A DNA stretch of 64,000 nucleotides from Rebecca billardiae RCC1528 (Eukaryota; Protista; Haptophyta): NCBI GenBank assembly GCA_965240325.2, contig OZ251225.1, positions 1,612,001-1,676,000 of the forward strand, read 5' to 3'. The translations under genes and the position numbers were made by a program. Under the pieces are notes generated by a model. It was given only the letters and a program-made list of their open reading frames with translations. It was not told the origin of the DNA and did no database searches. This document shows, piece by piece, positions 35,101 to 47,932 of the stretch (position 1 is its first letter; each line of letters starts with the position of its first letter).

Positions 35101-38100
35101 TCACCGACCTGCAGTCGACGAGCATCACCGCCGCCCGCATCGACGGCCTAGCGCTCGTCGAGTTCGACGCCAGCGCCAACGTGACCGAGGTCACCGGCCT
35201 GCGCCGGCTGCGCAGCCTCGAGGAATTGCTTTCGCTCGACGTCGAGGCGACCGAGCGGCTGCGCGCGGCGAGCGGCGCGACGGTCGAGTTCGGCGACCTG
35301 GCGCGCGTGCTCACCACGATCGGCGCGTACGAGGGCACGAGCCTGCTCGTCGAGGCCGGCACCAACGCCACGAGCGTGCAGCCGCACGCGCTCGAGATCA
35401 GCGCGGGCGCGACCGTCCGACTCGACCCGAGCTCGGTCGTGATTGATGGCACGGACGGCGGCAGCTTCACGTTCCGCGACGCGGCGAACGAGTCGAGCTC
35501 GATCGTGATGCGCCCAGGCGCGAGCCTGATGAGCTTCGCGCGGCTCGAGACCAGCTCGATCATCGCCACCTCGCTCGAGGCGCTGCAGACGCTCACGTTT
35601 GGCGACGTCGGCCTGAGCTCCATCGCCAACGTGGACGAGATCTCCGCTGGCGCGCTCGAGCTGAGCGCCGGCATCGACGTGGCGGCAGGCGCGTACGTGA
35701 CGCTGGGCGAGCTCGTCGCGGTGAACACGACGGAGGGGCGCATCAGCGCGGTCGTCCTGCAGCTCGAGGACAGCGCCGGCTCGGGCGACAACCTCGTCCT
35801 GTGGTCGGGCGGTCTCGAGGTGAACGTCGGCGCGGAGTTTGTGCTCAGCGCGGCCGGCGAAACGGGCAACGTCGTCGTCGCGCCTGGCGTGGGGCGCGTG
35901 ACGCTCACAAGCGTCGTCGCCGCGGACATGTTCGCGGCGACGATCGACGGGCTCGCGACGGTCACCTTCGACCCCGCGGACGACACGACCACGTCGATCG
36001 TCGGGCTGCAGCAGCTCGAGGGGCTCGAGCTTCTCGGCGCAGCCAACGCGACCGTCGGCCAGCGGCTCGAGGTGAGCGCGGGCGCGGCCGTCGAGCTGGG
36101 CACACTGGTGAGCGTGGACACGGTCGCGGGCGACGTGAAGGCGGCGTCGATCAGCGTCAGCGCGGGCGACGGCGGCGGCTCGACGGGCAGCTATGTACTC
36201 GCGCCCGGCTTCCTCCAGCTCACCTCTGGGAGCACGCTCCAGTTCCTGGACTCGCAGCAGGCTGCGCCGGCCACCATCTTCACGGTCACGCCGTCGACGA
36301 GCGCGCTCGACTTGCTCGCGCTCAACGCGCAGGACGTGCAAGCCTCCACGATCTCAGGCCTCACCTCCATCGACTTCGACGCGGTCGAGCCGAGCACGGT
36401 CATCACCAACCTCAAGGTGATGCAGGGCCTCGACACCTTCTCGTCGCAGAGCGTCGAGATCGGCGCCAACCTCGCTGTGACCGCGGGAGCGGCCGTCGAC
36501 TTTGGCGCGCTCGTCTCCGTCGACACGACTCTGGGCGACGTGCTGGCGAGCCGGCTGCAGCTCACGCCGACCGGATCCGGAGAGGACGCGCTGCACCTCA
36601 TCGCCGACGCGGAGTCGTTCTACTTCCGAACGCCCGACGGCGCGAGCAACGTGACCGTCACGCCGTCGGTCGGTCAGATTGACGCTGTCACGCTGCGCGT
36701 GGCCGACGTCGTCGCGCAGACGGTGCGCGGCCTGGAGATCCTCGAGTTCGACTCGGTCTCGGGCAGCGCGGAGATCCGGAACGTGGACGCGATCCTCGGC
36801 GTGACGGACATGTCCACGAGCAGCCTCGACATCCAGTCCTCGCTCGTCGTGGAGTCGGGCGCCGAGGTCCTGCTCGGCCCCGCCCTCAGCGTCGCGACGG
36901 GCACGGGTGTGATGAGCGCGCACGCGGCGATCGCGATCAACGAGACGCGCTCGTTGCAGATGGGCGCGGACGGGCTCACGCTGGGCGAGTCGACGGCGCA
37001 ATTCTTCCTCACCAAGGAAGCCACCGCCGCGGCGCTCACCCTCGCCTTCGCCGGCGCGGACGCCGACCCGGACGTGAGCGGCCCGGTGATTTTCCCCGAG
37101 GACAGCAAGATGCTTGTCGACACCGTGCAGGCGCGCACGGATCCGGGGCTGGCGCTGCTGCAGGTGCGGCAGATCAGCGCGGGCCAGAGCGGCGTGATCA
37201 CTGTCGGCGAGGGCGAGGGCGCCTCGAACGTCACCATCACGCCGGCGCTCGGCCTGATCAACGCGTACGAGATGCGCGCAGACGTGTTCAGCACGCCCGT
37301 GATCGGAGGCGTCTCCACGCTCACCTTCAGCGGGGGCGAGGGGGCGTCGGTGATCTCCGAGCTCGACCAGATCACCGGGCTGGGCGAGCTGGACGTGCAG
37401 CACATCGCTGTCTCGAGGAGCCTCAACGTGAGCAGCGCCGCCTCCGTCCAGCTCGGCGCGAACGTGTACGTCGAGCCGGCGGCGGGTGCGGTCCGCGCGT
37501 CGGTGTTTGAGGCAAAGGACCCGACCGTGCTGGCGCCCGAGCAGTCGGCTCTCGAGCTGCGGCCCGATGGGTTAGAGCTCACGGGCACGACGGAGGACAT
37601 TGTTCTGGGCAAGTCCGGCGTGGACCAGGCGCTCAACGTGCTGCTCGGCCAGGCGTCCCCGGCAAAGGCCGGCCCGGTGATCGACGTGCTCGGCAACGAG
37701 CTGCGCGTGGCCACGGTGTCCGCGTACGACGCGAGCGTTGGGCTCGAGCTGCAGCGTGTGCGGAACATCACGTCGGATGGGCGCATCGCGTTCCGCGCGA
37801 GCGACGCGGGCGCTGCGGATGCGCTGGTGCTGACGCACGAGAGCAGCGGCGTCGGCGTGAGCGTGACCGACCTCGAGTTCAACGCCGATCTGAGCTCGAT
37901 CACGATGGGCGCGCTGAGCATCACGGCGGAAGCCACAGGCCAGCAGTACAAACTCTCCGGCCTCACGGAGCTCATCGTGGGCGGGATCTCCGCCTCGAGC
38001 ACCGGGAGCGCTGACGTGCTCTCCGTCGGCCCGACGACCATCACCGACACCGCGCAGGTCGCCGAGCTCGCCTTTGGCAGGCGCGGCGTGTTCTCCGCGT

Positions 38101-40306
38101 CCGACGCGACGGAGACGGTGCAGCTGGGCGCGGACGTGGCCGTCGACACTGCGAACGGCGCGCTGAGCGCGGCGACGATGCGCACGCAGAACATCACGGT
38201 CCTCGCATCCGCGGGGGACACTGACTCGGTGATGGTGCGCGCGGCGTCTGGGCCGGAGCTCGTGCTCGAGCCTGCCTCGAATGCTCTCTTCCCGTCCGTG
38301 AGCGGCAGCTTCAGCGTGAGTTTTGGGCTGGGCTTCGACGGCTTTGGCACAGACGCGCCCTTCCTGAATGCGGCAGACAACGCGCTGTACGTGGCCAAGG
38401 TCGAGCCGTCGAACAGCGAGCAGCTGCTCTACCTCGGCCACGTCGACGTGCTCACCTCGGACGCGACGATCCGCTTCGCGACCCAGGACCAGCTGAGCCA
38501 GCTCGAGCTCGTGCCGTCATCACGCTCGCTGCTCGGCCTGCGCGTCCTGGAATTTGACGCGGACGGCGAGCAGCAGCTCCGCCTGGGCAACATCAGCGTG
38601 AGCGCGGGCGGCGCGCTCGACGGGGTGCTCACGGTGGGCGACGTCTTTCGCGCCTCCACCGACGGCAGCGTGCGCATGGGCGAGCAGCTCGAGGTCGGCA
38701 CGGCCGCGGGCGTGCTCACGGCACACACGCTGCTCGCGACGGATGCGCTGCAGGCCGGGAGCGTCATCTCGATCTCGTCCGCCGGCAGCGCGCCGAGCTC
38801 GGGCGCGGCGTCCGCCAGCGAGACGTTCCTGCAGCACCGCCAGCTGCAGCTCTCGCAGGAGTCCTTCCTCACGCCCGAGGAGCTCGTGCTGCGCTCGGGC
38901 GCGGGCGCGGGCGCACTCGCGCTCTGCAGCAGCGAACCGCTGTGCGAGCAGCCAGCTGTGCAGAGCGACACCGGCGTGCTCGACCTCTTCGCGAACGCGT
39001 CGGCGGCGAACTGGACGGTGCGCATCGGCACAGGCGAGTCGAGCTTCGACACCACGATCGACTCGCTCGGGCTGAGCGCGCCGTACCTCCGCTCGAGCTC
39101 AGGCGCGCTCACGCTGTCCGCGGCCGCCTCAGGCTTCAGCTTCGACATTGCGGGTGATTCGCTGCTCACGGCGTCGACAGACGCCATGGTGGTGAACTCG
39201 GGCGTCGCCACGTTCGCCGGCGAGATCACCGCGAGCGGCAAGATCGAGACGGTGCGCGCACGCGCGCGCGCTCTGCACCCACCGCGCGCGTCACCCGCGG
39301 CTGCGCGCGCGGCCGAGTGCGTGGGCGGTGCGGCTGAGCCCGAGCGTGCGCGCGGCCGCGCGTGTCGCTCGGCGCGCAGTCGGGGCGCATGGTCGTGGAC
39401 GGCGTGCTGCGCGCCAACAGCGGCATCGTCATGAAAGGCGACGACGTGATCGTCGCCAACAACCTCGCCTCGGACGAGTTCCACCCGCTCAAGCTCGAGT
39501 CGAATTACTACACGGGCATCAAGATCAAGGTGCGGCGCACCGCGCGCCGCACCGCGCGCACCGCGCGCACCGCGCGCACCGCGCGCACCGCGCGCACCGC
39601 GCGCACGCCGAGCGAGCGCCGGCATCGCTGCGCCTGCGTAGGCAGACCGAGCGGGGCGTGCGCGCGCGCGGCGCGCGGTGCGGCGCTCACGCGCGGCCGC
39701 GTGCCCCGCCTCGCTTCCTCGCGCGCCGCGGCGCAGGTGAGCGGCGACGAGATCATGATGGTCACCGCGTCGGGCGTGACTGTGAACGGCACGCTCGAGG
39801 CGCGCGGCGGCATCATCACGCCTAGCGTCAAGGCTGACATCTCAAACCTCACGCTCTCCTCCGAGTCGATGTCCGTCGAGTTCGAGGTGGGCAACTCCAC
39901 GATCGGCCGGGTGAGCTCGGGCGGCATCGCCGTCGACTCGGGCATGAACTTCACCGCGCCGCTCGGCTCCGCCATGCTCTTTGGCGACATGCCCATGTAC
40001 TCGGACGCGACGACGGGCAACTGGCGCGCCGCGTCGCCCGTGCTCGTGCTCGACGGCGCGCAGACGGGCGGCGGCTCGCTGCTCGTGTCCAACGACCTGC
40101 AGGTGGAGGAAGAGGCATTTTTCAACGGCTCAACCTGGTTCGGCGACGAGATCGTGCTCGCCGACCCCACTTCGAAAGCCCATCCACAGCCGCCATCGGC
40201 GTCGAGCGAGGGATGCGTCGTCGGGGCATTGAGATGGGACAACAACTACTTTTATTTGTGCGTCGAGGGCGAAACATGGAAGCGAGCCCCTCTCTCCACC
40301 TTCTGA
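32174..40306 (+). CDS. Giant secreted protein (~2,540 aa): signal peptide, FN3-like domain, ~10 beta-rich ~132-aa repeats, phage-fibre-like C-terminal motif; exons ~32174-32368(71), 32547-39251, 39380-39529, 39737-40306
   Basis: MRALALLALVPVAFGA signal; ITVAW..LVSSTTYEFYVVAV FN3 pattern; 6.7-kb open exon; recurring GL(A/T)xxxFD units; GT-AG introns join the frames. Confidence 0.88.
39535..39606. repeat. 9-bp tandem repeat (accgcgcgc)n inside an intron
   Basis: Roughly 7-8 copies; translates as RTA repeats in the ORF track. Confidence 0.9.
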
Positions 40307-40486
40307 GCACACGCTCTTCGAATCAGTCTGACCGTAGTAGTAGCGGTAGCCTTCTACTGATGACTGATTGAGGGCTCAGACTCAGTCTCAGAGGAGTCGC
40401 CGAAGCAGTTCTGAGAGGCGGACCGCGGAATTTCCGCGGGCGCATTTTCCGCACCGCCTGTTTCTCATCTCGCGTCCGGGAAAATC

Positions 40487-41920
40487 ATGACGATGAGGAC
40501 GAATGTGGCGAGAGTCGAGACCGCCCGCCCGGGTGCGGGCGCAAGTATCATCATGGTGGCAGGACGAGGTCCCGGCCGTGCGGGCAGCGGCGCGCCGGCG
40601 CCGCACGACGACGCCGACACCCCTCTCATGGTCGCTTGCCGCGAGGGTGACATGGCTGGTGCGCAGGCGCTGCTTGCGCGCGGCTCCTCGGCGGGCGCAG
40701 CGTCCCATGACGGCTGGACCGCCCTGGCGTGGGCCTGCGTAGCAGACGAGGTGATGTGCGCGGAGCTGCTCATCTCGCACGGGGCGAGCACGGATGGCGT
40801 GGACCACGACGGCCAGACGCCACTCCACCGCGCCGCCGCCGCGGGCAGCGACGAGTGCGTGCGCCTGCTGCTCTGCCGCGGCGTTCACGTGAACGCGCGC
40901 GCGTGCCTCAATCAGTGGACTCCGCTCATGGAGGCAGCGCGTGGCGCGCGCGCGCTGTGCGTGCGGCTGCTGCTCGATGCGCTGGCCGATGCGCGAGTGT
41001 GCACGGCGTCTGGCGACTGCGCCCTTTCGCTCGCCTGCGCGAGCTCGTGCGAGCCCGCTGTGCGCATGCTGCTGCACGGAGCGGCTCCGGACGAGCTCAG
41101 CGAGGCGGTGCACGCCGCAAGCCGTGCGGGGGCCGTCGAGTGCGCGCGCGCGGTGCTCGACGCGAGCACGGCGCGGCGCGACGTGGACGTGCGCCTCCTC
41201 GCCGACGGCCTCCGGCCGAGCCCGCCCACCGGCTGCTCCTCACCTCCGTCCGCGGCCGCGCGTGACCCACCGATCGTCGCCGCGTGCCGGCAGCAGCACT
41301 GGCAGCTGGCGGCGCTGCTCATCCAACGGCGCGCCGACGTCCGCGTGGAGGGGGTGCGAGGAGAGAGCGCGCTGCTGCTGGCGTGCCGCGGGCGGCACCT
41401 GCCCACGATCCAGCTGCTCAGCGCGCACGGCGCGCCGCGCGCCTTCCCCGGCGCGCGCACGACCGCACTGCGCGTAGCCGAGGCGTCTGGTGCAGACGGG
41501 CGCACGCTGCGCTGGCTCTCCGACACGCGCCGGTGGGTGAGCCCGCTGCACCACGTCGAGCTGCTCAGGGTCGACGAGGTGTACGAGCTGCTGCGGGCGG
41601 GCGCGGACATTCGGGCGCGCACGCGCACGCACGACGCGCCCACGCCGCTCGGGCTCGCGCTCGATGCGCTCGCGGCCGGGCGCGCTGAGCCTGACCCGAC
41701 GCGCTCGGCCGCCGCGCTCATCGCGCACGCGGCCGGGCCGTGGTCTCCGCAGACCCACGCGCTCTTCCCTCCGCGCGCGCGCGCGCGCGCCGTGCGCCTG
41801 CTCCTGCTGAGCTATCTCCTTGCAGCAGACGGAGAGCGCTTTGGGCCTGGGGCCGGTGCGCTGGCCGACCTTTTCCTCGAGAAAGTGCTGCCGCGCGTGA
41901 TCACGCGCTACTCGCGCTGA
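40487..41920 (+). CDS. Ankyrin repeat protein
   Basis: DTPLMVAC, GWTALAWAC, GQTPLHRAA, WTPLMEAA; C-terminal WSPQTHALFP segment. Confidence 0.9.
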   Translation: MTMRTNVARVETARPGAGASIIMVAGRGPGRAGSGAPAPHDDADTPLMVACREGDMAGAQALLARGSSAGAASHDGWTALAWACVADEVMCAELLISHGASTDGVDHDGQTPLHRAAAAGSDECVRLLLCRGVHVNARACLNQWTPLMEAARGARALCVRLLLDALADARVCTASGDCALSLACASSCEPAVRMLLHGAAPDELSEAVHAASRAGAVECARAVLDASTARRDVDVRLLADGLRPSPPTGCSSPPSAAARDPPIVAACRQQHWQLAALLIQRRADVRVEGVRGESALLLACRGRHLPTIQLLSAHGAPRAFPGARTTALRVAEASGADGRTLRWLSDTRRWVSPLHHVELLRVDEVYELLRAGADIRARTRTHDAPTPLGLALDALAAGRAEPDPTRSAAALIAHAAGPWSPQTHALFPPRARARAVRLLLLSYLLAADGERFGPGAGALADLFLEKVLPRVITRYSR

Positions 41921-43127
41921 CACGCTGTGATGTGCGCGCCTCAAACGTCACCGCTACGATCGTCTCACTCCGAAGGCCGACGGCGACTCCTCAATTGGAT
42001 GCTACGACGACCCATTCATTGATGCTGGCATCAATCCTGTCATCGTCGTCATGATATTGTGGTGACATCGTCAGCAGCAGCAACTTGATGCTGAGACTGA
42101 GCACTATAGCAGCTATAATCATCGACTACTAATCGTCGTCGTGGCCCGGACGACCCGACACTCTGACTACTGAACAGCTTCGCCGGCGCGGCGGCGCAGT
42201 CCCTGAGAGGCCTGAGACGCTCCAAATAAGGGCGGCGGAGTCATCGATCGTCGTCGCAGACAGAGTTCGACAGCGCAATAGTAGTAACTAGTAGCGGCTT
42301 CGTTGAAGCCGCGCGCCGCTGTCTAGGCTCTAGTTAGACTTGGTGGTAGTCAACACTCTCGGGCGCTTGAATCCGACAGCATCTCGGAACTTTAGTTTTT
42401 GCTGTACATGCAGCTCTCGTCGGACGGTAAGCCGCTGACTACCGCTGCGGCGCTGCCACCTTCCGGTGTGAAACTGCCGCCAGGCTGCTGTGTCGTCATG
42501 ATGCCACTGCGCTGATTCGGACTCAGTGGCGTTCAAAAATTGTAGTCTGTACTCTGTAGCTAGCTACTCGTAAGCCGTAGTAGACTGAGACAGTAGACTC
42601 TAGCTTACTCACGGGCCGTAGCCCGAAGGCTGTTATGCCGCCGCTGACGGACTGTCTCACGGGCTGGTGCTAGTGCCCCCTCAGGCCGTTCACTGCCTCG
42701 CACATGTCCTTTGAACATGGAGCACGCCACAGCGGGCATGCCTTGTCCCTTCCCATACCGCTCTCCTGGCCGCAGCGCACTCAGGTCAGTCGCCGGGCTG
42801 ACGACAAGCTGACGGCGCCCAACTAGTCCCAATATGGTCAACACGAGTCGGTGCGAATGGACTACAGGTTACCCCCATACATACAAAGCGTACTTCAAGG
42901 CACTCACACGGACTGATTGACGCCTTAGTCTGTCACAGTCCATTCGCCCAAGAAGCCGTCGCGCGCCGGAGAGGTGACACTTCCAGGGGCTGGGGGTGGG
43001 TTTGCGCGGGCGAGCGCGACCGCCATGCTGAGAATCAGCCCGAGGGATTTCGTTCAGAAATGGCGGCCGGCAGCAAGCGGCAGGCAGCCTTTTGGTGGCG
43101 AGTGGCCGAGATCGCCGGCGCAGCACC

Positions 43128-43894
43128 ATGTCATCAGGTCCGCGGCCGTCGCGCCCATGCGAGAGAGCTCGCACGCCCTCACCGTGTCACAAGCGCATCG
43201 CGGGCGACTCACGGATAGCCCTCCGTGACTGGCTTCGCTGCGCGCACGCCATCAGGTTACGAGCGCGTGGCTCTCGACAACACTGAGCAGGCACGCGCAA
43301 AGACAGTCTTCGAGCAGCGCCGCGACTGGCTCTTGCGCAAGTTCTGGGCGACAGTATGGGTGGCTTTTGCGCTCTTCGTCGCCAGAACAGTCGATCTCTG
43401 GGAAGTGATCGTGCTTGGTCACACTGTGGGCAGCCCCGAGTACCACCTGCACAGGTGTGTGCAGCGGGCACCTGCTGAGAGCGTGCATGTCCGCCGCGCG
43501 GTGCTCACGCATGCCCACGCGCAATGTGCGCAGGGGATACTTCAAGCTGGGGCTCTTCTGCTTCGGCATGTGGGTCGTCGTCGCTGCATACCTCGTGATC
43601 TGGGTCAAGTACGTGCTCAAGGTGGAGGAGGAGTGGGAAGACTACTCGCCGAGGGCCATCCCGTTCGCGACGCTATGCGGCCTGGTCGGCATCATCAGGT
43701 GCGCGCGTCTGCGTGCAGCCGGCCCCTGCGCGCGCACGTCGCGCGCGGCCAGCTCACCAGCTCGCCGCGCCGCTCGCCCGACTGCGCGCAGCTTCATCAT
43801 CTCGTTCTGGCCCGTGTGGGGCTTCCTCACGCTGCCCATAGTGTTTGTCTTCTTCATGGGCATGCTGCACCTGGCACATTTTGTGCCGCTGTGA
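43128..43894 (+). CDS. TMEM128-like four-TM protein; exons 43128-43137, 43256-43454, 43534-43698, 43792-43894
   Basis: Four hydrophobic helices; WEDYSPRAIPFATLCG and FWPVWGFLTLPIVFVFFMG resemble the TMEM128 family; GT-AG introns give a continuous frame. Confidence 0.75.
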
Positions 43895-45373
43895 TTACAG
43901 TCGCTGCCGGGAGGGCGTGGGGTCATCGCACTGCACTCCGCTCGCGAGGCTCGGCAGCTTCGGCGTACGGCGCCGCCGCTGACGTGCGCCCACTCTGTCT
44001 GAGTGGTCATGCATGAGACCCGTGGGCGTGGCACTGTCGACGTTATTGCGTGTCGTGCATGGCGTGAGACTACAATGCTGCTACACATGCCGCAGGCCAG
44101 CAGCCGGCAGCCGGCAGGTGCTCCGAGCGCTAAGACCTGCTAACTCAGCTAAATCAGGAGCCCGTGGCGGCAGGGCGCAGAGTGGCCAGCCGGAGCCTGG
44201 CCATATAAGCACGGGGCGCAATCGCCATCGGTTTCGACGGTCCGCCGATACCCGGGCGATAAGCTCAATAGTATTCAGCCAGTATAGTTGTAATAAAATA
44301 TACTAGTTAGCAGTAAGCTACCCGGATGAGTTATTCAGCGCTTGAATCATATCGGACCGTATATATATATTCTATCTGCAGGCGGCGGTCGCGCCGCCTG
44401 CTGACGCAGAGTCCTGAATTGATGCGCCAGCGGCTTCGCCTTCGGCGGTGACCGCTGTGAGCAGTGTGAGCCGATGATAGACGGCGGCCGCCGACGGCTG
44501 GCCGACCCGGTCGGACCGGTGCCCGTCGCCCCCGTAACTCGTACGTAACTCGTCGTCAGTAAGGCGTAACCGTCGTAAAGTCGTCCTGCTACTGAGCTAC
44601 TTCGTCCCGGGTCACTGAGTCAGTAGTCACTGAGTGCGTCCCGGCCGCCGGCGCCCGGCGCGGCACGACTGCGTATACGATTAACGGTGGTACTGTCTTA
44701 GTCTACGTAGTACGTGCATACAGCAATAAGTAACATGATGGGTACGACTGTTGACAGTGTTATTCATGTGACCTACTGCTCGGAGTCCCGAGGACGCCGA
44801 GTGACGGCACGGATGACGAATGACGAGTCGCAGTCGTGACACAATGAGTGACCGTCCGCCAAAACAGTATGAGCCGCCGAGTAGCTAGCTAACATAGTCA
44901 GGAATCGTCGCCGTCGGCCGCCTCGGCCGGTAGTTAAGTAGTCAGCTAGCTTGTAGTAGTTACTCAGTGACGGTCGTCAGGCCGGAGGCCCGCGCGAGGC
45001 CGAGGCCGCGGGCTAGGCCGTAGGCGGGCCGGGCGGCGTCGAGTAGTCCTCTCAGGGCCGGGGCCGGGGTCGTCGGGGGGTGAGAGCCCGTGAGTCGATC
45101 ACTCGATGACTCGATCACGAACGACGCCGTATCATAAAGACTGTGAGCGATTGTCTGCAATATTAATGTCAATTAATAATTTACTATTTGTATTATAAAT
45201 TAAGTTCAAGACGAACGCGACTCAATAAATGTACGATTATTCTAAATTAGCACTAGCGCTAGTCAGTAGCTACTGACGACCTATATCGTAGTGATGATCG
45301 ACGACCGACACGATCGATATAAATTATAATCACGACGTGGTGGCAGCACGACGTCCGACGGTGACGCGGACGG

Positions 45374-47678
45374 TCACGGAGTCGTCCTGCGCTGCGCCGC
45401 GACCGTCAGCGGCGGCTTGGCGAGACCGGCCTTCACGACGGCGCTCACCAGTCGCAGTAGCTTGGCGCTATCTCCTTCCGCAAGCTTGGAGAGAATCGTC
45501 CGGAACGCATCGATCCCAATCGAGCGCGAGTCGCCGAACTCGCGGCACAGCGCCCGCGCCTTGATGCGCGGGCTATGTCCGAGGGGCTCGATAGTGTCCA
45601 CGGTGGCCAAGAAGGCTGTGAGCTCGTCCTCGCTCACGCGCCCGCTGCCAGTCGCGTCGAGTGCCGCGCAGAGCAGCTCGACAAGCGGCTGCATGCCGCC
45701 ATCCCCGCTGTCGACCGCAAAGCTCTCCGAACTCGAGGCCGGCGGCTGACTGTCGGGGCTCACAGGCGGCGGCTGCGGCCGAGGAGCGACTGCCGTGAAC
45801 GCGCCGCTGTACGGGGCGTGCGTGAGGGCCGCCTCGCTCTCGTGCGCGTCGCGCGCAGCCGCGACGGCGGCGAGCCTCGCGGCGCGCGCCTCCGCGTCCG
45901 CGCCTGCCGCCTCGGCCGTGCGTGCGACGATGCGCAACTCCTCACACTCGAGCTCGAGCTCGGCCACTCGCGCCTCGTGCGCCGCCGCAGACTCGTGCGC
46001 GGCGTGGAGCTCAGCTCGTAGGCTGTCGTTCGCGCGCTGCAGCTGCGAGCGCAGCTCCTTCTCCGCCTGCGCCTCGAAGCGCGCCTCCTGCGACGAGGCC
46101 TCGGACTCAGCCTGCGGCGCACCGCAGCGCGCGGGCACGGGGCGCGCGCGACGCGCGCGCACGTGCGTGCGAGTGCGCGGGCTCCGTCAGCGCAGTGCAC
46201 GAGCCAGCTAGATCGCAGGCGCGCAGGCGCACAGCACGGGTCGGGCCGCGCACGGACCACGGCACGAGCGAGCTCCTCAGCCTCGACCGAGCGCACGCTC
46301 GTGAGGTGTCCGAACGCAGCGCCCAACCTCTCGCTCTCGTCGGCCGACATCGGGTCAGGGCGAGGCAGGTGGTAGCTCGGCTGCGGCGTGTGCGCGCGCA
46401 GCAGCTGACGCGCCTCGCCAGCCTCGGCCTCGGCGCGCTTGGCCTTGGCCTTGAGCTGTTCGCGTGCGCGTGCGAGCTGGGCCTCAAGTGCGCGCTCGCG
46501 CTTGGCCGCGTCTTCGGCCGCCTCAGCGCCCTGCGCCTCAAGCTTGGCGTGGCGGTCGGCAGAGCGCTTCACCTTGGCGTACAAGCGCTCCGCATTCTGC
46601 TGATTCAGCCTCGCCTCGTCTGCGCGCGCCTTGAGTTGGCGACCAACGTGCGCAAGCTGCCGTTGCAAAAGGGCGCGCGCGCGGCGCCACGGCCGAGGCA
46701 CGCACAGCCGGCGCCGCCAGGGTGATGCGATGGGGGTAGCTCAGTGTCAGTCGCGCGCGCGGATGGGCGCGCGTCGTCCGCCTTGAGTGCGGATCGCACT
46801 GCCCCCGCCCAAGGCACACCCAGCCGCCGCCGCGCACGCACCTGACGCTCCGTGCGCCGCAGCTGCTCGTCGAGCTCGCGCGCCGTCTTCTCCCAATGTG
46901 CCCTCTCCGCGCGCGCGGCCGTGGCGGCGGCGTACAGCGGCGCGAGGGAGGCCTGGTCGGCGGGGAATGAGGTGACGACGGCGAGCAGAGCGCGCGCTTG
47001 GGCACTCGCGTCCATGGTTGCGCTCGCCAACGCGCGCTCCGCCGCGCGCAGCGACTCGTCGAGTGCCGCGCGTGACGCAGCCGAGCCTTCCGCGTGAACG
47101 GTGGCCACGCGCCGCAGCCCGCCCAACCACTCGCGCCACTCGGCGTCCGCGCCCAGCTCGTCGCTCTGGGCGGAGCCGGTGGGCGGGCGGGCGAACTCCG
47201 CACCCTGCATCATCTCATCCATCTGCTCGCGCCGCTCCTCCGCATGCTGCGAATCAAGCTCGAGCTCCCCACGGAGCCGGTGGAGCAATGGCGGAATCGG
47301 ATCGAGCACGGCCTCGAGCGTCGCGAATGCGTCGCAGTGGCACACGGCGAGCTGCTCGGCCGAGCGCTCCTGCACGCGGCGGTCATGCTGATCGTGCGAT
47401 ACCTTGACGCGAGCGAGCTCGTCGCGCAGGCGCTCGAGCTCGGCACTCATCTGCCCGTGCACGCGACCAAGCGTGTCGCCGTACCACGCGTGCAGCGCAT
47501 CCTCCCGCCCCGCCGCGGGCGAGCCCGGCTCGGCCGAGGTGGGGTTGTCAGGAGGCCCATGGGGCGCCTGCGCGGAATGTGCGTGATCACTGTCGACGTC
47601 GGCGTCGGCGGGTGGTGCCACCCCGCCGATGCGCTGCCAGCGCACCTCGCCGGGCGTGGGCGCGAAGGCCGCGGCCAT
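45374..47678 (-). CDS. Coiled-coil protein with a C-terminal EF-hand-like motif; exons 47678-46842, 46656-~46258, 46111-45374
   Basis: Heptad-rich helices across three frames joined by GT-AG introns; DATGSGRVSEDE EF-loop-like sequence. Confidence 0.65.
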
Positions 47679-47932
47679 GGGCCCGGGCTTTCAAACCGGC
47701 AAAGCGACCTCCGGAAGAGTCCGGTCGCCGAACGGATCCAGATGAGTCCGGGCCGCGACGGATGGATGCACACAAAGCGCGCGCCAGCCTGGCCGCCAAC
47801 GGTTGCCCTTTTTTCCTTGCCCACGAACGGCGACGCCACCCGCCTCGTTTCGGTCGACCGATGGAGGAGCTCTCACCCGCGCGGGCGCCTGGACGCCCGC
47901 CACCGGCGCGGGCCCCGTCATGGAGTGCGAAG

